DNA from: Pseudodesulfovibrio mercurii
Lineage (GTDB): Bacteria > Desulfobacterota > Desulfovibrionia > Desulfovibrionales > Desulfovibrionaceae
DNA length: 32,000 nt
Direction: 5' to 3'
Assembly (NCBI RefSeq): GCF_000189295.2
Contig: NC_016803.1
Span: forward strand, 1,620,001-1,652,000
Shown: piece by piece, positions 13,864 to 22,929 of the stretch
How positions within the stretch are numbered: the stretch's first letter is position 1
Layout: every line of letters starts with the position of its first letter
The notes under the pieces: model-generated
What the model was told of the DNA's origin: nothing
The model's database searches: none
What the model saw: only the letters and a program-made list of their open reading frames with translations
Made by a program: the position numbers and the translations under genes

Positions 13864-16500
13864 ATGAGACACCCCTCGACCCCACTCCGCCCCGCATGGT
13901 GCCTGTGCGCCGCCCTCCTCTGGCTGGCCATCGGCCCCGCCGCCACGCCCGCCGTTGCCGCGCCCGTGCACTTCACCGTCCTGCTGGCCCCGTTCGAGAC
14001 CCCGGATACCGCCGGGAAGGCGCACCGGGCCGCGCTCAAGGCGCTCCTGACGGCCAACGGGTTCCGCGTAGTGGAGCCGCCGGAACTGCTGAACGGCCCC
14101 GGGCGGTACGCGGGCGTCTCCAAGTGGCTGGAGCCCGCCTGGCGCGACGGCTGGCTCGCCCGGACCCAGGCGGAATACGTCCTGTTCGGCCGGGAGGACG
14201 GCGACCTTTTGGTCCTGGGCATCTACCCCGGCTACGACTACGACGACTCGCCCAACGAGCTGACGGCCTACCGCCCCGGTGATCCGGCCGAGATGGACCG
14301 GCTGGCCCGCGACATCGGCCGGGCCGTGATCAACGCGGCCCGCGACTTCGTGGACGACGAGGACATGGACAACCGGGCCTACCGGCTCTCCCGCCACGCG
14401 GACAGGCTCAAGACGGCCCTCGGGCTCAAGGACAGCCCGTTCTTCCGCTCCCCCGGCAACACCTACGCCCTGCGCCTGGCCGTGGTGGAGACCCTCATGG
14501 AGCTGGACTGGGAGGTGGAGGACCGCTTCGTGCTCGAGGAGGTCATGACCCGGCTCGCGCCCCTGCTGGCCTCGGAAAAGGACAACCCCGACACGCGCGG
14601 CTACGTCTGGTCCCTGTCCATCCTCCTGAACACCCGCCTGGGCGACCGCTACGACGACCCCGCCGCCCTGCTGCGGGCCGTGGCCGACTGCGACGCCGTG
14701 CTCGCGTTCCCCGAGACCGGGGAGGACGCGGAGACCGCGTCGTGGACCTATGCCCAGAAGGGGGAAAACCTGCGGCGGCTGGCGCAACTGCGCGATGACA
14801 ACGGACTGTACCGGAGATCCAGCGACGACTTCATGCGGGCCCTGGACCTGCTGCCCAAGGGCCCGAACCGGCAACGGGGCGACATGCACTCCGACCTCGG
14901 CCTCAACGGCATGGACATGGCCCGCGCCACCGGGGACCCCAGGCTCTTCAAGGACGCCATCGGGCACTTCGACCGGGCGATCGAAAATTTCGACAGGCGG
15001 GAATACCCCTGGAGCTGGGGCATGGCCCAGGTCAACCGGGCCTGCGCCCTGATCGGCCTGGCCGACATCGAGGACCAGGTGGACAACCGGCGGCGGGCCA
15101 ACAAGAACCTGCGGCTGGCCCTGGAAGCCTTCACCCTGCGGGATTATCCGAGCCGATGGCTGGCCACCGAGGTCGCCCTGGGGCGCAGCCTGGTCAGCCT
15201 CGGCGACGAGACCGGAACGCCCGAGCCGTACCAGGAGGCCGCCGCCCTGCTCGACAAGGCCGTGCCCAGAGCGGAGGCGGAGGGCCTGGACTGGTCCGAG
15301 ATGTCCTTCTGGCTGGGGCTGGCCCACGAGCAGCTGGGCGAGACCGGGGACGACGCCGTACAGTTCGAGACCGCCGCGACCTGGTACGACAAGACCCTCG
15401 GCAAGCTGCCAGACGACGACCTGGACCTGAGGCCCTATACCTACAAGCGGCTCGGGTACGTGCTCGCGCAACTCGGCGAGCGCGAAAGCCTGCCGGAATA
15501 TTACGACAGGAGCGGGCAGGATTACGCCGTGGCGGCGGCCCTGTTCGCGCGGTCGGGCGACGAGGAGGAATGCGCCCTGGCCCGATTCCAGGAGGGGCGC
15601 AGCTATCTTTCCCTCACGGCGAGAACGCCCCAGGTCGAATCGCTGGACAAGGCGCTGTCCGCCTTCACCAAGGCCCTGGACCACTTCCGGGGTCACGACG
15701 AACGCCTGGCGACGGCCCGGTGCAACATCTACATCGCCCGGTGCCTCCTCCACCTCGGAGACCGGCTGGCCGAGGCCGACCACTACGTCAAGGCCCTGGC
15801 GCGCCTGGACGAGGCGCAGAAAGACCTTGCCGACAAGGCCCACCCCGCCGACTGGCTCAACACCGTGGCCGTGAAGGGGATGGCCTACGCCAGGCTGGCC
15901 GACCACTACAGGAGCATCGACGACTACGACAAGGCCATCGGGGCGTATTCCACCGTGCTGACGGCGATCCGGCTCGAAGACAACCCGGAACTGTGGGTGG
16001 ACACCCAAAGCGACCTGGGCATGACCCTCAAGCGCAAGGCCGCGCAGCTCGACGACGTCTCCATGGCCGAAGAGGCCGGGACCCACTTCCAGGCCGCACT
16101 CGACCATCTCAACCGCGAGCAGGACCCGGCACGGTGGGCGCGCGTCAGCAACAACTACGCGAATCTCCTGTGCTTCCAGGGCAGACTGACGCGGAAGACC
16201 GGCAGCCTTGAACAGGGCATCGCCACCTACCGCGCCGTGCAGGCGGTCTGGACCAGGGAGCGATACCCCCTGCAATGGGCCATGACCCTCTACAACATCG
16301 GCAACGCCCAGCTGTCCATCGCCTCCATGGGCGGGGACGGCAAGACGGCGGAGACCGCCCTGTCCCTGCTGCTGCAGGCCAGGGACAACCTCGGCGACCA
16401 GTCCCCCGGCTTCCGGGACGACATCGACGACAGCATCCGCACGGCCCGGAACCTGATCCGGCGGCTCCAGCGGAAGACCCCGGCCCGGTCCACCACCTAG
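13864..16500 (+). CDS. Secreted tetratricopeptide-repeat protein (878 aa)
   Basis: Start chosen at MRHPSTPLRPAWCLCAALLWLAIGPAATPAVAAP (signal peptide). At least six degenerate repeats have a [D/E/Y]P..W motif followed by a helix (REYPWSWGMAQVN, RDYPSRWLATEV, AHPADWLNTV, DNPELWVDTQ, QDPARWARVS, RYPLQWAMTLYNIGNA). Confidence 0.85.
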   Translation: MRHPSTPLRPAWCLCAALLWLAIGPAATPAVAAPVHFTVLLAPFETPDTAGKAHRAALKALLTANGFRVVEPPELLNGPGRYAGVSKWLEPAWRDGWLARTQAEYVLFGREDGDLLVLGIYPGYDYDDSPNELTAYRPGDPAEMDRLARDIGRAVINAARDFVDDEDMDNRAYRLSRHADRLKTALGLKDSPFFRSPGNTYALRLAVVETLMELDWEVEDRFVLEEVMTRLAPLLASEKDNPDTRGYVWSLSILLNTRLGDRYDDPAALLRAVADCDAVLAFPETGEDAETASWTYAQKGENLRRLAQLRDDNGLYRRSSDDFMRALDLLPKGPNRQRGDMHSDLGLNGMDMARATGDPRLFKDAIGHFDRAIENFDRREYPWSWGMAQVNRACALIGLADIEDQVDNRRRANKNLRLALEAFTLRDYPSRWLATEVALGRSLVSLGDETGTPEPYQEAAALLDKAVPRAEAEGLDWSEMSFWLGLAHEQLGETGDDAVQFETAATWYDKTLGKLPDDDLDLRPYTYKRLGYVLAQLGERESLPEYYDRSGQDYAVAAALFARSGDEEECALARFQEGRSYLSLTARTPQVESLDKALSAFTKALDHFRGHDERLATARCNIYIARCLLHLGDRLAEADHYVKALARLDEAQKDLADKAHPADWLNTVAVKGMAYARLADHYRSIDDYDKAIGAYSTVLTAIRLEDNPELWVDTQSDLGMTLKRKAAQLDDVSMAEEAGTHFQAALDHLNREQDPARWARVSNNYANLLCFQGRLTRKTGSLEQGIATYRAVQAVWTRERYPLQWAMTLYNIGNAQLSIASMGGDGKTAETALSLLLQARDNLGDQSPGFRDDIDDSIRTARNLIRRLQRKTPARSTT

Positions 16501-17523
<1,023 letters not shown>

Positions 17524-17527
17524 GCCC

Positions 17528-18778
17528 ATGCACGGATTCTTCACCATCATCTCCCGCGCCGAGTTCGAGGCCCTGCTGCGAGGCTTCGCCCCCCTGGACG
17601 CCGAGACCGTGGACCTGGCCGAATCGGCCGGGCGCGTCCTGGCCCACGACCTGATCGCCCCCCACGACTGGCCCCTGCTGGCCCGGTCGTGCATGGACGG
17701 CTTCGCGGTCAACGCCCGCGACGTATTCGGGGCCGGCGAGTCCAATCCCGGCTACCTGGAATGCGTGGCCGCCCTGTCCATCGACAAGTTGCCGGACATC
17801 GTCCTCAACCCCGGCGAGTGCGCGCGCATCGCCACGGGCGGGGTGCTGCCCGAGGGCGCGGACGCCGTGGTCATGGTCGAGCACACCCAGGCCATGCAGG
17901 ACGAGATCGTGGGCGGGACCATCGAGATCCGCAAAAGCGCGGCCCCGTTCGACAACGTCATGCAGCGCGGCGAGGACGCCAGAAAGGACGCCACCGCCCT
18001 GCCCGCGGGCACGGTCCTGCGGCCCCAGGAGATCGGCCTGGCCGCTGCCCTGGGCTTCGAGGAAATTTCACTGGTCAGACGGCCCAGGGTGGGCATCCTG
18101 TCAACGGGCGACGAGCTCATCGAGGTCGGCGCCACGCCCAGGCCCGGCCAGGTGCGCGACGTGAACACCCACACCGTGGCCGCCCTGGTGGAACAGGCGG
18201 GCGGCCTGCCCGTGCCCTACGGGATCATCAAGGACGACCTGGAGAGCCTCGGCCGAGCCCTGGCCACGGCCATCGCCGAGAACGACGCGGTCCTGTTGTC
18301 CGGGGGCAGCTCCATCGGCGTGCGCGACCTCACGGTCCAAGCCATCGAGGCCATGGAGGACGCGAAAATTCTGGCCCACGGGGTGGCCATCAGCCCCGGC
18401 AAGCCGACCATCCTCGGCCGCGTGGGCAAGAAGCCCGTGCTCGGCCTGCCCGGCCAGGTGACCTCGGCCCTGGTGGTGGTCCACGTCCTGGTCCTACCGC
18501 TCCTGCGCCATCTCCAGGGCGATCCGGCCGCGTTCTCCCCGACCTGCCGCTGCCTGCGCAAGGCGCAGCTGGCCCGCAACGTGGCCTCAAAGCCGGGTCG
18601 CGAGGACTACGTGCGCATCCGGCTGGAGGAACGCCCCGGCCAACCGCCCCTGGCCCACCCGGTGCTCGGCAAGTCCGGGCTGCTGCGGACCATTGTCCAG
18701 GCCCATGGGCTGGCCACCATCCCGGCCGATTCCGAGGGGCTCTACGCCGACGCGTTGGTTGATATCTGGATCGTTTAA
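17528..18778 (+). CDS. moeA: Molybdopterin molybdenumtransferase MoeA
   Basis: 416 aa with SCMDGFAV, ARIATGGVLPEGADAVVMVE, ILSTGDEL, NTHTVAALV and LLSGGSSIG, typical of MoeA. Confidence 0.92.
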   Translation: MHGFFTIISRAEFEALLRGFAPLDAETVDLAESAGRVLAHDLIAPHDWPLLARSCMDGFAVNARDVFGAGESNPGYLECVAALSIDKLPDIVLNPGECARIATGGVLPEGADAVVMVEHTQAMQDEIVGGTIEIRKSAAPFDNVMQRGEDARKDATALPAGTVLRPQEIGLAAALGFEEISLVRRPRVGILSTGDELIEVGATPRPGQVRDVNTHTVAALVEQAGGLPVPYGIIKDDLESLGRALATAIAENDAVLLSGGSSIGVRDLTVQAIEAMEDAKILAHGVAISPGKPTILGRVGKKPVLGLPGQVTSALVVVHVLVLPLLRHLQGDPAAFSPTCRCLRKAQLARNVASKPGREDYVRIRLEERPGQPPLAHPVLGKSGLLRTIVQAHGLATIPADSEGLYADALVDIWIV

Positions 18779-18802
18779 CGTCTTGAACAGACTGACATTC
18801 GA

Positions 18803-19753
18803 TTAAAAATCCTCTTCCTGGCCGTCGAGTTCCAGAATCTTCCAGCCCTCGTTGCCCTTCATGAGCACGAAGACCGAGTCGTCCTCGAGGTTTTTGTCCA
18901 GCTTGCCCACCTGCACGCGGTAGGTCCCGAAGGCGCGGACCTCGGCCACGTCCTTGTCCAGGTAGACCAGCTCGAAGCCGAGGCCGGAGGGGTCCACCCT
19001 GGCCGAGCGCAGGAGCTTGAAGGTGCCGCGCTGGCGCTGGATCTCCTTGAAGACCTCGAACTGGAAGTCGAAGCGGTCGCGCACGTGGGACGCGAAGAGC
19101 AGGTAGTAGTCGTCGTCCAGGGAGGTCTGTTTGACGTAGAAGTCCCGGAGCAGGGTCTTGATCTCGTCGGGCACGGCATTGGTCGTGTCGGCGGGCGGCG
19201 CCTGGGGCACGAATTTCCCGCCCCGAGCGGTCCCGTCGTCCGGCGCGGGCATGAGGGTCAGGTACAGCTTGACCTCGGACACGGCCAGCTTCATGCGCGC
19301 CAGGGGCACGCCCTCGGGAAAGACCGAGTCCACCACGATGCGGATGGACTTGAACGGCTTGCCCGGACATTTCACGACCTGCTCGCCCGGCTCGTCGCGC
19401 AGCCAAAAGGGGAACTCCGAGCCGTCGGGATAGACCACCCGGCCCGAGCGGATGCGCCGGAACTTCTCGAACTGCCCCGGCCCCTGGTGCCCGTTGTAGA
19501 TGCCGAGCCCCGTGACCCGCACGGGCACGTCGAAGGCGAACTCCATCCACTGCCCTTCGCCCGAGGAGATGCTCCCCCCGGCCCAGGCCGTGGCCGGGTC
19601 CCCGTCCATGAGGTTCCCCGGCGCGTACTCGAGCCCCAAGTCCACCTTGAAGCTGGACACCCGGACGTCCACATTCAACGCCCAAGCCGCCCCGCCCCAC
19701 AACAGGACGCCCGACACCATCAGCCCCAAGGCCACCAGACGAACATTTCGCAT
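18803..19753 (-). CDS. Secreted two-domain protein: discoidin/galactose-binding-like N-domain plus NTF2-like C-domain
   Basis: Start chosen at MRNVRLVALGLMVSGVLLWGGAAWA (signal peptide). NLMDGDPATAWAGG...GEGQWMEFAF...VTGLGIYNG is an F5/8-type-C-like pattern. The C-terminal ~130 aa look NTF2/SnoaL-like; this is a weak call. Confidence 0.8.
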   Translation of the reverse strand: MRNVRLVALGLMVSGVLLWGGAAWALNVDVRVSSFKVDLGLEYAPGNLMDGDPATAWAGGSISSGEGQWMEFAFDVPVRVTGLGIYNGHQGPGQFEKFRRIRSGRVVYPDGSEFPFWLRDEPGEQVVKCPGKPFKSIRIVVDSVFPEGVPLARMKLAVSEVKLYLTLMPAPDDGTARGGKFVPQAPPADTTNAVPDEIKTLLRDFYVKQTSLDDDYYLLFASHVRDRFDFQFEVFKEIQRQRGTFKLLRSARVDPSGLGFELVYLDKDVAEVRAFGTYRVQVGKLDKNLEDDSVFVLMKGNEGWKILELDGQEEDF

Positions 19754-19880
19754 GACGCCCTCTCTACCACAACACGTCGGAATCCGTCCCGTATAAAAAG
19801 CGCTCCCCACGGCGCCGCCCCCCACCGGGGCGGCTCGGTCGGCGCAGCCCGACCGACAGCCCCTCCCCCGTGGCGATTCG

Positions 19881-19891
19881 CCCCCCCCCCC
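19881..19891. repeat. Homopolymeric C11 (G11 on the minus strand) tract
   Basis: Direct reading: CG-CCCCCCCCCCC-T-CCCCC. Lies about 130 nt upstream of the discoidin-like gene start, at the edge of repeat copy B. Confidence 0.9.
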
Positions 19892-19899
19892 TCCCCCTT

Positions 19900-20084
19900 G
19901 GAGCGATTCGGTCGGCGCAGCCGCCCGACAGCGGCTCTCCCCCACGCGCCCGCACGCAGTCAGGCTTTCGAGAGTGGGTCAGCTGTGCATTTTCTTCCGG
20001 GGGGCTTTCACCGCAGCGTAGCCGTCTACGTGAGGATGAAAGCCCCCCCGGAAAAAATGTGCAGATGGCCCGCTATCGGAAGCC
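19900..20084 (-). repeat. Structured intergenic repeat, copy B (inverted relative to copy A)
   Basis: The reverse complement aligns with 11107-11283 (same termini GGCT[C/T]CCGATAGCGGG ... CGAATCGCTCC). The apical hairpin here is CGTAG-ACGG-CTACG. Confidence 0.85.
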
Positions 20085-20088
20085 GCAC

Positions 20089-20167
20089 CTACTAGGCGGG
20101 AAAGCGCGAAAAAAAGGGCGGCCCGCTCGGGCCGCCCTTTTTTATTCCGCGCTTTCCCGCCTAGTAG
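20089..20167. terminator. ahcY terminator embedded in a nested 79-nt palindrome
   Basis: Inner hairpin A7-GGGCGGCCC-GCTC-GGGCCGCCC-T6 (20109-20143). Outer perfect 20-bp inverted repeat CTACTAGGCGGGAAAGCGCG (20089-20108) / CGCGCTTTCCCGCCTAGTAG (20148-20167). Confidence 0.8.
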
Positions 20168-21591
20168 CGGTAGTGGTCGGGCTTGTAGGGGCCTTCGACA
20201 TCGACCCCGATGTAATCGGCCTGCTTCTGGGTCAGCTTCTCCAGCTTCACGCCGAGACGGCCCAGGTGCAGGCGGGCGACCTCTTCATCCAGCTTCTTGG
20301 GCAGGATCATGACCTTGGGCTCATAGTCGTTCTTGGCCAGGTCCATCTGGGCCAACGCCTGGTTGGTGAAGGAGTTGGACATGACGAAGCTCGGGTGGCC
20401 GGTGGCGCAGCCGAGGTTGACCAGGCGGCCTTCGGCCAGGATGATGATGGACCGGCCGGACGTGAGGGTCCACTTGTCCACCTGGGGCTTGACGGTCTTC
20501 TTGGTGCAGCCCTTGGTCTTCTCCAGGTAGATCATCTCGATCTCGGAGTCGAAGTGGCCGATGTTGCACAGGATGGCCTCGTCCTTCATGGCCTCCATGT
20601 GGGCGCCGGTGACCACGTGGTAGTTGCCGGTGCAGGTGACGAAGATGTCGCCGCGCGGGGCGGCGTCGTCCATGGTGGTCACCTCGAAGCCCTCCATGGC
20701 GGCCTGCAGGGCGCAGATGGGGTCGATCTCGGTGATCAGGACGCGCGCGCCGAAGCCGCGCATGGACTGGGCGCAGCCCTTGCCCACGTCGCCGTAACCG
20801 ACCACGACCACGACCTTGCCCGCCACCATGACGTCGGTGGCGCGCTTGATGCCGTCGGCCAGGGACTCGCGGCAGCCGTACAGGTTGTCGAACTTGGACT
20901 TGGTCACGGAGTCGTTGACGTTGATGGCCGGGAACAGGAGTTCGCCCGCGCGCTGCATCTCGTAGAGACGATGCACGCCGGTGGTGGTCTCCTCGGACAC
21001 GCCGCGCACCTTCTTGGAGATGTCGGTCCACTTGGTCGGATTGGCCTTCACCGAGGCGCCCAGGCGGTCCATGATGATCTGGAACTCGTGGACGTCGTAT
21101 TCCTTGTCGGCCAGGGACGGGTCGGCCTCGACCTTGACGCCCTGGTGGATGAGCAGGGTGGCGTCGCCGCCGTCGTCCACGATGAGGTCCGGGCCCGAGC
21201 CGTCGGGCCAGGTCAGGGCCTGCTCGGTGCACCACCAGTAGTCCTCCAGGGTCTCGCCCTTCCAGGCGAAGACCTTGGCCATGCCGGAGTCGGCGATGGC
21301 CGCGGCGGCGTGGTCCTGGGTGGAGAAGATGTTGCAGGACGCCCAGCGGATGTCCGCGCCGAGCGCGTGCAGGCACTTGATGAGCATGGCGGTCTGGATG
21401 GTCATGTGCAGGGAGCCGGTGACCTTGAGGCCCTTGAGCGGTTTTTCCGTGCCGTACTTCTCGATGATGGCCATGAGGCCGGGCATCTCGCGTTCGGACA
21501 GCTGCATTTCCATGTGGCCCCACTCGGCCAGGGAGAGGTCGGCCACCTTGTACTCGCAGGCGGGATCGACGGGCGTGACGTTTTTGGACAT
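20161..21591 (-). CDS. ahcY: Adenosylhomocysteinase
   Basis: 476 aa, [25 protein letters not shown]...[14 protein letters not shown]...[14 protein letters not shown]...NIGHFDSEI...DHYRY. GGAGGAAACC RBS. Confidence 0.97.
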   Translation of the reverse strand: MSKNVTPVDPACEYKVADLSLAEWGHMEMQLSEREMPGLMAIIEKYGTEKPLKGLKVTGSLHMTIQTAMLIKCLHALGADIRWASCNIFSTQDHAAAAIADSGMAKVFAWKGETLEDYWWCTEQALTWPDGSGPDLIVDDGGDATLLIHQGVKVEADPSLADKEYDVHEFQIIMDRLGASVKANPTKWTDISKKVRGVSEETTTGVHRLYEMQRAGELLFPAINVNDSVTKSKFDNLYGCRESLADGIKRATDVMVAGKVVVVVGYGDVGKGCAQSMRGFGARVLITEIDPICALQAAMEGFEVTTMDDAAPRGDIFVTCTGNYHVVTGAHMEAMKDEAILCNIGHFDSEIEMIYLEKTKGCTKKTVKPQVDKWTLTSGRSIIILAEGRLVNLGCATGHPSFVMSNSFTNQALAQMDLAKNDYEPKVMILPKKLDEEVARLHLGRLGVKLEKLTQKQADYIGVDVEGPYKPDHYRY

Positions 21592-21614
21592 GGTTTCCTC
21601 CAAAGATGGGGTTG

Positions 21615-22526
21615 TTATCGTTTTTCGGCCTCGTACAGGACCACGACGAGGCCCATGTTGACCTTGAATTCCGTGACGGAGCGGATGTCGAAGCGCGCCT
21701 CCTCCAGCCAGCCGCACATGCTCTCGCGGGGGATGCCGAGTCGGCGGTCCCCGTACTCCGAGCGCATGAGCTCGTTCTGGTGCTGGTCGAACTCGGCGAT
21801 GATCAGGCGGCCGCCGATCTTGAGCACGCGGCCCGCCTCGCGGATGGCGTCGAGCGGCATGGCCAGATGGTGCAGGACCAGGGACATGACCGTGCAGTCC
21901 GCCTCCCAGTCGCGCAGGGGCAGGTGAGTCATCTCCCCGATGCGCAGGGACATGCGCCCGTTGCCCGAGAAGCGCTCCTCGGCCAGCTCGAGCATCTTGG
22001 GCGAGTTGTCCACGCCGATGACCGAGCGCGACGAGCGGGACAGGATCTCGAGCATGTCGCCCGTGCCGCAGCCGATGTCCGCTGCGCAGTCGCACTCGGG
22101 CAGCCGGGCCTGGATCTCGCGGCCCAGGTCCAGGTCGCCCAGGACCTCGGCGGTCATGCGGTCCCACTCGGGCGCGATGTCGTCGAAGAACTGGCGGGTG
22201 GCCGCCGTGCGCTCCAGGATGACCTTCTCGGCCCGGTTGCGGTCCCGCTTGAGCTCGGGCTCGCCGGACATGAGTTCGCGCACGCCGTTGAGGAACGCGC
22301 GGCCCTGTCCGTCCTCGCTGGCCCGGTAAAAGGCCCACAGGCCCTCGCGGCGCACGTGCACCAGCCCGGACTCGGACAAAATCTTGAGATGCCGCGAAAT
22401 CCGCGACTGCCCCATCTCCATGACCTGCACGATCTCGCCCACGTTGAGCTCGTATTCCAGCAGGACATTGACCAGGCGCGCCCGGGTTTCGTCAGACAAC
22501 GCTTTGCAATACTTTATTATTTCCAT
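21615..22526 (-). CDS. sahR: ArsR-type HTH fused to a SAM-methyltransferase-like domain (SahR-type regulator of the methyl cycle)
   Basis: N-terminal [40 protein letters not shown] (ArsR HTH). C-terminal [10 protein letters not shown]...[10 protein letters not shown] (SAM-binding fold). Lies 23 nt upstream of ahcY on the same strand. Confidence 0.75.
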   Translation of the reverse strand: MEIIKYCKALSDETRARLVNVLLEYELNVGEIVQVMEMGQSRISRHLKILSESGLVHVRREGLWAFYRASEDGQGRAFLNGVRELMSGEPELKRDRNRAEKVILERTAATRQFFDDIAPEWDRMTAEVLGDLDLGREIQARLPECDCAADIGCGTGDMLEILSRSSRSVIGVDNSPKMLELAEERFSGNGRMSLRIGEMTHLPLRDWEADCTVMSLVLHHLAMPLDAIREAGRVLKIGGRLIIAEFDQHQNELMRSEYGDRRLGIPRESMCGWLEEARFDIRSVTEFKVNMGLVVVLYEAEKR

Positions 22527-22537
22527 TTGATTCGCTC

Positions 22538-22559
22538 TATATCAGGATATCTTGATATA
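22538..22559. promoter_or_regulatory. Candidate SahR operator (22-bp palindrome)
   Basis: TATATCAGGATATCTTGATATA is palindromic at 20 of 22 positions. It sits 12 nt upstream of the sahR ATG, downstream of the candidate promoter. Confidence 0.6.
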
Positions 22560-22571
22560 CGGAACAGCTCT

Positions 22572-22600
22572 TACCTACATAAGAAGGGGCCACCGGTCAA
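22572..22600 (-). promoter_or_regulatory. Candidate sigma-70 promoter of sahR-ahcY
   Basis: On the minus strand: TTGACC (22600-22595), 17-nt spacer, TAGGTA (22577-22572). The operator follows immediately. Confidence 0.4.
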
Positions 22601-22929
22601 GCCGCATCATTCACTCGCTTCCGGGTTTATCGTCCGGGACGCAAAGGGGTGCCCGCCATTTCAGGGGCAACAGGGCGTTTCCCTGCGGGCGGCGGTGATT
22701 CACGTCCACGCGGACCTTCTGAACGTCCGTCCACGGTCTGACCGACGGCAGAGGGGAACGGCGCGGGACGCGACCGAGCCAGGCGACCCGATTCCCCTGC
22801 CCACGGCCCGGTTCACCCCGTTCGGTCATTGCAAGTAACTCTCTGAAAAGAAGAAGAAAACCAAAGTTAATAATTGCACCTGCCCGGCCCCTTGCGTATA
22901 GGGCGGGAAACAACCGCACAGGAGTTACC

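Noticed and set aside
21592-21614. SAH riboswitch upstream of ahcY.
   Set aside because: Only 23 nt separate sahR and ahcY, which is just an RBS. Regulation is more plausibly by the SahR-type protein and its operator.
22700-22800. Cobalamin riboswitch: GAGCCAGGCGACCCGA resembles the B12 box at about 12 of 16 positions.
   Set aside because: The upstream core (GGGAA...GGUG..AAUCC...CCCGC.ACUGU) is not present. The spacing is too short. The downstream gene is a lipoprotein, not a B12-related function. cmscan with RF00174 would be decisive.
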